From: an uncultured Thermoanaerobaculia bacterium
GTDB lineage: Bacteria; Acidobacteriota; Thermoanaerobaculia; Multivoradales; Multivoraceae
DNA length: 64,000 bases
Assembly (NCBI GenBank): GCA_951812325.1
Contig: OX638294.1
Coordinates: 1,138,527 to 1,202,526 of the forward strand
Direction: 5' to 3'
Shown here one piece after another: positions 9,410 through 19,110 of the stretch. A program made the translations under genes and the position numbers. A model generated the notes under the pieces. The model was not told the origin of the DNA. It worked only from the letters and a program-made list of their open reading frames with translations, and did no database searches. Position 1 is the first letter of the stretch. The number at the start of each line of letters is the position of its first letter.

Positions 9410-10081
9410 TCACTCGCGCGACAGCACTCGCTCCCGTACCGACGCCAGCACGCTCCGCAGCGCGCGGGGCGCCGCGTAGTCCACGATCCAGGCCGGGAGT
9501 CGGCCGCCAGGGTCGGTCAGCAGCCGGTAGACGACGACCGTCCGTTCGGGATTCAGCGGAATCAGCGTCCACGAGCCCTTGCTTTCCTGCACGTTCCCCG
9601 AACCCTCGACGTACGTCCAACGGGCCTGCCAGCCGGCGCCGGCGCCGGTCTCGACGGCCCCGGTATCCACGCGAACCGTGTAGCGCCGGTCGTCGACGGG
9701 AAACGGCATGTCCAGGATCTGCCGGTTCAGGTAGACGCCCGGCGAGACCGGCTCGACGTCGGACTCGAGAACCCGGGGCATGAACTCGTCGAAGTCCGCC
9801 GCCGCGTCGACCACGTCGCGGACCGCCGCCAGCGGCGCCTCGATCACGCCGATGCCGCAGCCCTCGGAAACGCGGCGACCCGCATCGCGTCTCGAAACGC
9901 GCCACTTCCCGACTGCCGGCAAGTCCCACGTCGAAGGACTGCCGCCGAGACGTTTCCGGGGCGCTGATTCGAAATCGAACTCGCACGGATCCATCCCCTG
10001 CGCTTGTGGGACCACCAGCACGAGACAGACCACGAGCGCGCCGGCCGCTCTCTCCATGACGTCGGACTCTACTGCTGCCAT
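9410..10081 (-). CDS. SRPBCC (START/polyketide-cyclase-like) lipid-binding domain protein
   Basis: 223 aa. It has a hydrophobic N-terminus and the helix-grip fold signature of the SRPBCC superfamily. Confidence 0.5.
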   Translation of the reverse strand: MAAVESDVMERAAGALVVCLVLVVPQAQGMDPCEFDFESAPRKRLGGSPSTWDLPAVGKWRVSRRDAGRRVSEGCGIGVIEAPLAAVRDVVDAAADFDEFMPRVLESDVEPVSPGVYLNRQILDMPFPVDDRRYTVRVDTGAVETGAGAGWQARWTYVEGSGNVQESKGSWTLIPLNPERTVVVYRLLTDPGGRLPAWIVDYAAPRALRSVLASVRERVLSRE

Positions 10082-10172
10082 CCCGGATTTGCGTCCCGTT
10101 CGTCAGCTCCTCCTGAACCCGCTGCACGCCGTCATACGAAGATCCGATCGATCGCGGTACCGTTGTACGGCC

Positions 10173-10379
10173 ATGACACAAGTGACTCTTTCGCCCAAGT
10201 ATCAGGTCGTCATTCCACTTGAGATCCGCACCGCTCTGCGACTCAAGCCAGGCCAGAAGATCCAGGCCATTCGTGTCGGCCGCTGCATCCAGCTGATCCC
10301 GGTCAAGCCGATGCGGGAGTACCAAGGCTTTCTACCCGGTATCGACACCGAAGTCGAGCGCGAACCGGACCGCCTGTGA
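10173..10379 (+). CDS. AbrB/MazE/SpoVT-type antitoxin-like DNA-binding protein (VapB-like)
   Basis: MTQVTLSPKYQVVIPLEIRTALRLKPGQKIQ is a classic swapped-hairpin AbrB-type N-terminus. 68 aa. Its stop overlaps a downstream GTG (GTGA). Confidence 0.6.
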   Translation: MTQVTLSPKYQVVIPLEIRTALRLKPGQKIQAIRVGRCIQLIPVKPMREYQGFLPGIDTEVEREPDRL

Positions 10380-10405
10380 ACGTCGTCGACTCGTCGGCCA
10401 GGTAG
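10376..10405 (+). pseudogene. Nine-codon remnant of a PIN-domain (VapC-like) toxin gene
   Basis: GTG overlaps the antitoxin stop and encodes VNVVDSSAR before a stop. The V-x-V-V-D-S-S-A start matches the conserved VapC N-terminus (MxxLDTSxxI). The rest of the gene is absent, and the convergent transporter gene ends at 10419. Confidence 0.35.
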
Positions 10406-10418
10406 CCCGCGACCGGTT

Positions 10419-11774
10419 TCACTCCGCCCTTCGCTCCGCCCGCAACCGCCCGAAGTACTCGAATGCGGCCGCCTTGACCTTCGGCGCCAGCAGCAGCGTC
10501 GCGATCAGGTTCGGCACCGCCATCAGGGCCAGGGCGGTGTCGATCAGGTTGATCACCATGCCGGCGCTCCACCAGGCGCCGACGAAGATGCCGACGAGGT
10601 AGAACCAGATGTAGAGCCCGGCGTGCCTGGCGCCGAAGAGGTAGGCGAAGCAGCGCTTGCCGTAGTACGAGTAGCTCACCATCGTCGAGATGGCGAAGAG
10701 CATCACGATCAGGACCAGCAGCGCGCGGCCCGGCGCGCCGAGCGCGCTCTGCACGGAGTCTGCGGTCAGCGACACGCCGCTGATCTCGCCGACGGTCTCC
10801 AGGCCGCTCGAGAGGATGACGAAGGCGGTGAGAGAGCAGACGACGATCGTGTCGATGAAGGGACCCAGCATCGCCACCAGGCCCTCGCGCACGGGTTCGT
10901 TCGTCTTCGCCGCGCCATGCGCGATCGGCGCGGTGCCCAACCCGGCCTCGTTCGAGAACGCCGCGCGGCGGACGCCGATCATCAACGCCTGCTGGAATCC
11001 GATCCCCATCGCGCCTCCGGCCGCGGCGGTGCCGGTGAACGCTTCGCGGAAGATGCGGCTGAACACCTCGACGGCCACGTCCGAGCGCACGAACAGGACG
11101 CAGAGCGCCATGCCCAGGTACAGCAGGCACATCGCCGGCACGAAACGCGCCGTCACCGCGCCGATCCGTTCCACGCCGCCGAACGCGACCAGCGCCACGA
11201 GGGCCACGCAGCCCACGCCGGCCAGAATCGGCTCGAGTCCGAACTGGGCCTCAAGCAGTTCCGCGACCTGGTTGCTCTGGAACATCGGCAGGCAGCCGAA
11301 CAGGCCGAAGGTACAGAACATGATCGCCAGCGGCCGGAACCTCTTTCCGAGGCCGAGCTCGATCGTGTACATCGGACCGCCCTGGAGGGCGCCCCGCTCG
11401 TCGCGGCCGCGGTAGATCTGGGACAGCGTGCAGGAACAGAACTTGGTCGCCATGCCGACCAGCGCGGCGACCCACATCCAGAACACGGCCCCGGCGCCGC
11501 CCTGGGTCACCGCGATCGCCACGCCGCCGATGTTGCCGACGCCGATGGTCGCCGCCAGCGCCGTCGACAGCGCCTGGAAATGGCTGATGTGACCCGGATC
11601 GTCCGGCGAGTCGTACTTCCCCAGCGTGACCGCGGCGGCGTGCCCCATGTGGAGCAGGGGCCGCAATCGCAGATAGACGCAGAAGAAGGCGCCCGAGCCG
11701 ATCAGCAGGATGACCAGGGGCATGCCCCAGGCGTACCCGACCGCCGCTTCCAGGAAGCTGTCTAGAGCCTGCAA
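10419..11774 (-). CDS. Alanine/glycine:cation symporter (AGCS family)
   Basis: 451 aa with multiple TM helices and AGCS family signatures (GVGNIGGVAIA..GGAGAVFWMW, SNEAGLGTAPIAHGAAKT). Confidence 0.85.
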   Translation of the reverse strand: MQALDSFLEAAVGYAWGMPLVILLIGSGAFFCVYLRLRPLLHMGHAAAVTLGKYDSPDDPGHISHFQALSTALAATIGVGNIGGVAIAVTQGGAGAVFWMWVAALVGMATKFCSCTLSQIYRGRDERGALQGGPMYTIELGLGKRFRPLAIMFCTFGLFGCLPMFQSNQVAELLEAQFGLEPILAGVGCVALVALVAFGGVERIGAVTARFVPAMCLLYLGMALCVLFVRSDVAVEVFSRIFREAFTGTAAAGGAMGIGFQQALMIGVRRAAFSNEAGLGTAPIAHGAAKTNEPVREGLVAMLGPFIDTIVVCSLTAFVILSSGLETVGEISGVSLTADSVQSALGAPGRALLVLIVMLFAISTMVSYSYYGKRCFAYLFGARHAGLYIWFYLVGIFVGAWWSAGMVINLIDTALALMAVPNLIATLLLAPKVKAAAFEYFGRLRAERRAE

Positions 11775-11819
11775 ACGATCACGTTCCGTTCACCGCCGGC
11801 CGCCCGGGTGGCGGCGGTC

Positions 11820-13358
11820 TCACTGCTCCACGACTTCCAGACTCACCGGATCGCGCACCGGCAGCATGGTAACCCTGCCTCCGAGCTTCGCCGCAACGTC
11901 CGCCATCGTCGCGCGACCGTCGCTGTCACCCGGCTCGATCGCATCCCAATCGCCGACGACCAGCATGACGAGCCGGTCGGGCGAGAGGTAGCGCTCCGCC
12001 ACCCGCTGCACGTCGGCCGGCGTCACCGCCTCGACGCTCTCCCGATACGTCCCCCAGTAGCTGTGCGGCCGGCCCAGAAACTCGTCCTGCGCGAATATCT
12101 CGGCCACGGCCAGGGCCGAGTCGAACTCGTTCGGGAAGGTCTCGATCGCGGCCGCCTTGACCGTCCGGAGCTCGTCGTCCGAAACCGGCTCGGCCCGGAT
12201 GCGGTCGATCTCCTCGAGCGCGATCTTCGCCGCCAGAGCCACCGTTTCGCTCTTCGACTGGAAGGTGACGCTGAGATTGTCCGGCCAGTAGTTGCCGATA
12301 CCGAAGCGGGAGTAAGCGCCGTAGGCCAAACCCTCGTCCGAGCGGATCCTCTTCATCAACCGGGTCGTGAAGCCGCCGTTGCCGAGGACACCGTCCATCA
12401 TCGCCAGAGCGAAGTGATCCGGGTCACTCCAGCCCTGGCGCTGCAACGTCCGGTGGCCGATCTGCACCCGGCCCTGCGGGACGTCCTGCCGGGCAACGTA
12501 GACCCCCGCAGCGGGCTCATGCCCCGCGGCCTGCGGCGGCCACGGCGCCTGTCGCCGCCCTTCGCCGCCGAAACGGTCGAGCAGCGCCGACAGCCGGGCG
12601 GCGAGTTGGTCGGCGTCGAAGTCGCCGGCCGCCGCGATGACCATGTGCGCCGGATGGACATGGCTGTTGTGGAACTCAGCGAGGTCCGGCTGCCCGATCG
12701 CCGAGAGCGAGGCCGCCGTGACGAACCGGGACTCGACGTGATCCCGCCCGTAGAGCAGCCACTGACCCTCCCTGCCCGCGACATCGATCGGATCGTCATT
12801 GCGCTGCTTCAGTTCCTCCAGCTCGTTCTGCTTCGCCAGGTCGAGTCGGTCGGCATCGAAGCGAGGTTCGCTGAGCATCGAGAAGAACAGGTCGAGACAC
12901 TCGTCGAGCACCGTGGTCAGGCAGTTCATCGACATCCGGGCGCTCGTGCTCCCGATGGAGGACGAGAAGTCCCCGGCTATCGCTTCCACCGCCTCGTCGA
13001 AGGCCTTCGCTTCGAGTTCGCCGGCGCCGCCGGTCCGCATCAGGGCGCCCGTGAGGCCGGCCAGCCCCGCCTGCTCCACCGGCTCCAGGTAGGCGCCGAT
13101 CCGCAGACGCACCGTGACGTCGACCAGGGGCAGCGAGCGGTCCTCCACCAGGTAGGCCGGAACGCCCCCCGCGAGCTCGCGCCGGTAGGAGTCGGCGCCG
13201 GGCAGCTCGAAGTCGAGCGGACCGTAGGTCAATCCGGTCGGGTGATCAACGATCCCGGCGCCGTTCTGGGCACTGCCGGGGGCGGTCAGCCCGATGAGGA
13301 GGGCCAGGACGAGGAGAGCAGGAAGGGAGAGAGTACCCGGTTGCCGGCGGCCGATCAT
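11820..13358 (-). CDS. M16 family peptidase, non-catalytic-type subunit (lacks HxxEH)
   Basis: 512 aa with a signal peptide and the M16 fold pattern (ICT_IPR insulinase-like) but no inverzincin motif. Its start overlaps the upstream M16 gene by 4 nt (ATGA). Confidence 0.75.
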   Translation of the reverse strand: MIGRRQPGTLSLPALLVLALLIGLTAPGSAQNGAGIVDHPTGLTYGPLDFELPGADSYRRELAGGVPAYLVEDRSLPLVDVTVRLRIGAYLEPVEQAGLAGLTGALMRTGGAGELEAKAFDEAVEAIAGDFSSSIGSTSARMSMNCLTTVLDECLDLFFSMLSEPRFDADRLDLAKQNELEELKQRNDDPIDVAGREGQWLLYGRDHVESRFVTAASLSAIGQPDLAEFHNSHVHPAHMVIAAAGDFDADQLAARLSALLDRFGGEGRRQAPWPPQAAGHEPAAGVYVARQDVPQGRVQIGHRTLQRQGWSDPDHFALAMMDGVLGNGGFTTRLMKRIRSDEGLAYGAYSRFGIGNYWPDNLSVTFQSKSETVALAAKIALEEIDRIRAEPVSDDELRTVKAAAIETFPNEFDSALAVAEIFAQDEFLGRPHSYWGTYRESVEAVTPADVQRVAERYLSPDRLVMLVVGDWDAIEPGDSDGRATMADVAAKLGGRVTMLPVRDPVSLEVVEQ

Positions 13359-15181
13359 TGCGCTTCTCCTTCGTCTTCCTGCAGTTCAGCGAGCCGTGCC
13401 TCTACCACACCCCGCATCCAGTCGAGCGCAGGCCGCATGTCTTCGGGCACCTGAGCCGCCTGGGCATCGATCTGCTGCAGAACCGCCTCCAGCTGGACCG
13501 GGTCCCCGAGCTCCCGGATCGCCGCCGCATCGGACATGAGAGCCGTCCGCATCTCCGGCGGCAGGGCCTGCAGCTCGGCGGGAATGTCCCGGGCCTCGGT
13601 GCCCGCCTTGCGGTAGTACAGGCTGACCAGCCGCTTCGACGGCTCGAAGTACTTCGCCGCCACCCGCTGCACGTCCTCGGCAGTGACCTGATTCGTACGC
13701 TCCGCGACCGTGTTCAGGTAGCGCCAGTCGCCCATCGAGTCCATGATCGCCAACTGGATCATCAGGAAGAACGGCTCCCGAAGTTGACGGTAGGTGTCGG
13801 CCGACACGCGGTTCCTGACCTTGGCCAACTCGTCTTCCGGAACCGGCTCGGCGATCAGGTTCGCGACGATCCCGTCCCAGGCGGCCAGCAGCTGCTCGGG
13901 TGTGGCGGCGCCCTTCGTCTCGGCGCGCAGATTGAAGACGCCCGCGTACTTCCTGGGTTCGTGGAACGCGCTGGCGCTGGACGCGATCTCGGCGCCCTCG
14001 ACCATCTCCTCGTACAGACGGCCGGTGCGGCCGTTGAGCACACCCGCGATCACGTCGAACGCATACCCGTCGGCGTGGCCGAACGGCGCCGCGTGGTAGC
14101 GAATCTGAAGTTGCGGCTGGCAGTCGCACTCCGCGGTGAGCCGCTTCTCGGCCAGCTGCTCGGCCTCAAGCGTCACGACATCCGGAACCTCCCGGGCACT
14201 CCGCTCCAATCGACCGAAGTAGCGTTCCGCGAGTTCCCTGACCTCGGCCGGATCGAAGTTGCCGACCAGAATCCCGGTCAGGTTGTTCGGCGCGTAGTAG
14301 GCGGCGAAGAACTCGTCCGCCTGCGCCTTGCTGATCACCTCCAGGTCGGACGCCCAGCCGCCGACCGGCCAATGGTACGGGTGTGACTGCCAGAACATGG
14401 CGTCCGCCTGCTCGTCGTAGCGGCCCGTGGGCGTCGACTCGATGCGCAGGCGCCTCTCCTCATGGACCACGTCCCGCTCGGCGTAGAACTCCCGGAACAC
14501 CGGATTCAGCAGCCGGTCCGACTCGAGCCAGAACCAGAGTTCCAGCCGGTTCGCCGGCAGCTGGTTGATGTAGACCGTGAAGTCGTTGCTGGTGAAGGCG
14601 TTGATGCTCGTGCCGCCGCCATCCGCGTAGACCTTGTCCAGTTCATCCTTGACCATGAGTTCCCGCTGCTCCTCCACGAGCTCCTGGAACTCCGCGCGCA
14701 GGGCGTTCAGGGTGTCGGTGCGGTGGGCCGGGTCGTAGGGGTCGTCGATTTCGCCGAGCCTGAAGCGGCGGCGCTGCTCCCGCAATTCGGCGCGGATCTT
14801 CTCCTGAACCGCCTCCTGCTCCGCAATGATCTCGAGATCCCGCTCGATGTCCTTCGTGCCGATCGTGTGCGTCCCCTTGAACATCATGTGCTCGAAGAAG
14901 TGGGCGAGGCCGGTGATTCCCGGCCGCTCGTTCGCCGAGCCCACGCGGGCCGCCCATGCCGCCGCGACCGTGGTCAGCTCCGGGCGCCTCACGAGCAGGA
15001 AGCGCATCCCGTTGTCGAGCTCGAACTCCTCGACCGGCACCGCCGCCGCCGTCGCGTCCTGCGCCGCGGCGGCGCTGTGCGGGACGAGCGGCAGGACGAG
15101 CGCGAGCGCCGCCGCCGCCGCGACGCGGGCAAACCCGGATCCGGCTCCGCTGTTGGACAAGCTGTTGGACAATCTGCTCAA
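13355..15181 (-). CDS. M16 family zinc peptidase (pitrilysin-like), catalytic subunit
   Basis: 608 aa. Signal peptide. HFFEHMMFKGT carries the inverted zinc-binding HxxEH motif. Confidence 0.85.
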   Translation of the reverse strand: MSRLSNSLSNSGAGSGFARVAAAAALALVLPLVPHSAAAAQDATAAAVPVEEFELDNGMRFLLVRRPELTTVAAAWAARVGSANERPGITGLAHFFEHMMFKGTHTIGTKDIERDLEIIAEQEAVQEKIRAELREQRRRFRLGEIDDPYDPAHRTDTLNALRAEFQELVEEQRELMVKDELDKVYADGGGTSINAFTSNDFTVYINQLPANRLELWFWLESDRLLNPVFREFYAERDVVHEERRLRIESTPTGRYDEQADAMFWQSHPYHWPVGGWASDLEVISKAQADEFFAAYYAPNNLTGILVGNFDPAEVRELAERYFGRLERSAREVPDVVTLEAEQLAEKRLTAECDCQPQLQIRYHAAPFGHADGYAFDVIAGVLNGRTGRLYEEMVEGAEIASSASAFHEPRKYAGVFNLRAETKGAATPEQLLAAWDGIVANLIAEPVPEDELAKVRNRVSADTYRQLREPFFLMIQLAIMDSMGDWRYLNTVAERTNQVTAEDVQRVAAKYFEPSKRLVSLYYRKAGTEARDIPAELQALPPEMRTALMSDAAAIRELGDPVQLEAVLQQIDAQAAQVPEDMRPALDWMRGVVEARLAELQEDEGEAQ

Positions 15182-15554
15182 GAACGATCCCTCCTGACTG
15201 TGGTTCCCAGGCGCCGCCGCGCCAGGGCGTCGGCGCGGCGCCGGGACACTCTACCGTTTCGACCCGCACAAGAGCAACGCCCAAGACCGTTCCGAAGTCG
15301 GACTTCGACGACCGAATTCAGGCCACCGCTCCGGAATCCACTCCAGAATCGGCGACTCCGTGCCGGTACCGTTCTCAAGGTCCGGGAATAACGACCTCCT
15401 GCCCGCTCCTGCCCGCCCTCGGCGCAATGCACTGGACGCAGGAACCGCCCTGACGGCAACGGCACGGAGGATCGACATCCGCCCCGCGCCCGCCGCAGCC
15501 GCGCAGGCCGACGCGCTTCTTCAGACGGCAGCGACACGGCAGCGTCACGGAAGG

Positions 15555-15582
15555 TTGACATCCGCCCGGCGTCCGTCTATTG
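15555..15582 (+). promoter_or_regulatory. Sigma70-like promoter of groESL (TTGACA-N16-TATTGT)
   Basis: TTGACA at about 15555-15560 and TATTGT at about 15577-15582, spaced 16 nt apart, immediately upstream of the CIRCE element. Confidence 0.55.
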
Positions 15583-15609
15583 TCAGCACTCGCGCGGGAG
15601 GAGTGCTAA
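15583..15609 (+). promoter_or_regulatory. CIRCE inverted repeat (HrcA operator)
   Basis: TCAGCACTC-N9-GAGTGCTAA versus the consensus TTAGCACTC-N9-GAGTGCTAA (one mismatch). It lies about 105 nt upstream of groES. Confidence 0.85.
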
Positions 15610-15715
15610 CAGCGACCGCCTGAGCGCCGGCGATGCCGGCATCCGCAGTTTCGCACAGCACCTCAACGCCCGCCGCGAAGAACACAGCCCACCGACAACC
15701 AACACAAGGAGGAGT

Positions 15716-16009
15716 TTGCTGGTGAGTGTACGTCCGCTTCATGACCGGGTTCTCGTCAAGAGGCTCGAAGAGGAGGAGCAGGTCCGGGGAGGCATCATCA
15801 TCCCTGACGCTGCGAAGGAGAAGCCGCAGGAGGCCGAGGTAGTCGCCGTCGGTCCCGGCAAGGTACAGGACAACGGCGAGCGTTCCGCGCTCGACGTCAG
15901 CATCGGTGACCGCGTACTGATCGGAAAGTACTCGGGCAGCGACATCAAGGTCGACGACGAAGACATGGTCATCCTGCGCGAGGACGAGATCCTCGCGGTC
16001 GTGGAATAG
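15716..16009 (+). CDS. groES: Co-chaperonin GroES
   Basis: 97 aa: [17 protein letters not shown]...[30 protein letters not shown] ribosome-binding site upstream. TTG/GTG start. Confidence 0.95.
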   Translation: MLVSVRPLHDRVLVKRLEEEEQVRGGIIIPDAAKEKPQEAEVVAVGPGKVQDNGERSALDVSIGDRVLIGKYSGSDIKVDDEDMVILREDEILAVVE

Positions 16010-17677
<1,668 letters not shown>

Positions 17678-17740
17678 GCCCTTCAGCATGGGCGACCGGC
17701 CTTCCCGGTCGAGCGCCCATCCGGGTCCTGCCGGAACGAA

Positions 17741-17771
17741 TCAGGGCGGCCCTTCGGGGCCGCCCTTTTTC
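17741..17771 (+). terminator. Rho-independent terminator of groESL
   Basis: GGGCGGCCC-TTCG-GGGCCGCCC followed by TTTTT. Confidence 0.7.
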
Positions 17772-17951
17772 CTATGCCGGGAGCGTTTGCCATCCAGGAG
17801 CCTGCTCCGCACGGGTCGCCAGCGCGCAGCCGGCAAGCGCCGGGGCCGACCACGGCAGCCGGGCCGCTCTGCCCCCGCTCCGGTGTTCTGACGCTGGTAT
17901 CGTCCCCTCGATCCACTCGACCGTCCGTCGAGAAGAGAGGCAATCCGCCCC

Positions 17952-19025
17952 ATGTCATCGGCTCCACACGATCAACCCGTCTGGCTCTGGTGGAGCGGCG
18001 GCAAGGACTCGGCGTGGGCCCTGCACACGCTGCGGAACGATCCGGAGTGGGAAGTGCGCGGGCTCGTGACACATGTCAACCGGCACAACGGTCGGGTGGC
18101 CATGCATGGAGTGCATCGACACATGATCGAGCGACAGGCGGCCGCGGTCGGCCTGCCGCTCCATGTGATCGAGTTCGACTGGGCGGCGTCCCGGAACGAT
18201 CACGACGCCGCCATCGAGGAGGGCCTCCTGCGCTGGTGCCGGGGCGGCCGGAAGTTCGTCGCCTTCAGCGAGCTCCTTCCCGGCCGTGCCATGCGACGCC
18301 GTTCGGCGCTTGTCGGCCGCATCGGACTCCACGCCGTGTTCCCGCTGCTCGGCCGCGACCCGGCCGACCACGCCGCGGAGATCCTGGAGGCAGGTTTGAA
18401 GGCCAGGGTGTGTTCCGTCGAATCGGACCGCCTGCCTGCCTGCCACGCGGGTTGCCGCTTCGACGAGGACTTCGTGGGGTCGCTGCCGCGAGGCGTCGAC
18501 CCCTGCGGCGAGGACGGCGAGTTCCACACGTTCGTCGAATGGGCGCCCGGGTGGTCGTCGCGGATTCCGACCGACGCTGGCGCCAGAATCGAGTGCTACG
18601 GCTTCGGATTCGCGGAGATCGTGGAGTCCTCTCGGGCGCCGCGGAAGGAAGAAGACCGCCGCCCCGGGACCGGCAACGACCCCTTCGGCTACTACGCCCG
18701 GCTGAGGAGGGTCCGCGAGCACGTCGATCAACATCTCGACGAGCCTCTCGACCTGCACGCTCTCGCGCCCGTCGCGGCGATGAGTGCCGGGGGGTTCGGC
18801 AGGTTCTTCCGCAAGGCCACCGGCCAGTCGTTCCACGATTGGCTCAACGAGCGCCGCCTCGAGCGGGCCGCCGTCCTCATCGGCGACCACAACGAACCGA
18901 TCGGGCGAGTGGCGGAGACCGTCGGTTTCGGTTCTGAACGAACGTTCCGGAGGTTGTTCCAGGGGAGATTCGGCTGTACTCCCTCGCGGTTCCGATCTCA
19001 GGCACGGGATACAGAAGCGGGATAG
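17952..19025 (+). CDS. Fusion protein: N-terminal PP-loop ATP pyrophosphatase (Dph6/MJ0570/DUF71-like, SGGKDS) and C-terminal AraC-family HTH domain
   Basis: N-terminal part: WLWWSGGKDSAWAL (the SGGxDS PP-loop) and a GEFHTFV motif, as in diphthine-ammonia ligase-like N-type ATP pyrophosphatases. C-terminal part, about 100 aa: LHALAPVAAMSAGGFGRFFRKATGQSFHDWLNERRLERAAVLI..ETVGFGSERTFRRLFQGRFGCTPSRFR, a canonical AraC HTH. It is a single uninterrupted 357-aa ORF. Confidence 0.65.
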   Translation: MSSAPHDQPVWLWWSGGKDSAWALHTLRNDPEWEVRGLVTHVNRHNGRVAMHGVHRHMIERQAAAVGLPLHVIEFDWAASRNDHDAAIEEGLLRWCRGGRKFVAFSELLPGRAMRRRSALVGRIGLHAVFPLLGRDPADHAAEILEAGLKARVCSVESDRLPACHAGCRFDEDFVGSLPRGVDPCGEDGEFHTFVEWAPGWSSRIPTDAGARIECYGFGFAEIVESSRAPRKEEDRRPGTGNDPFGYYARLRRVREHVDQHLDEPLDLHALAPVAAMSAGGFGRFFRKATGQSFHDWLNERRLERAAVLIGDHNEPIGRVAETVGFGSERTFRRLFQGRFGCTPSRFRSQARDTEAG

Positions 19026-19110
19026 ACGCGCCAGGCAGCCGCTCCAGACGGGTGGCAGTCCGGGACCGCTCTCGCCTCGATTCGCGGGCTCTTGCCACGG
19101 GCTGCCTAAG

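Noticed and set aside
8065-9783. 572-aa plus-strand ORF overlapping fabF in another frame
   Set aside because: Alternative frame of fabF and the spacer, Arg/Pro-rich. fabF in its own frame has the full KAS II motif set.
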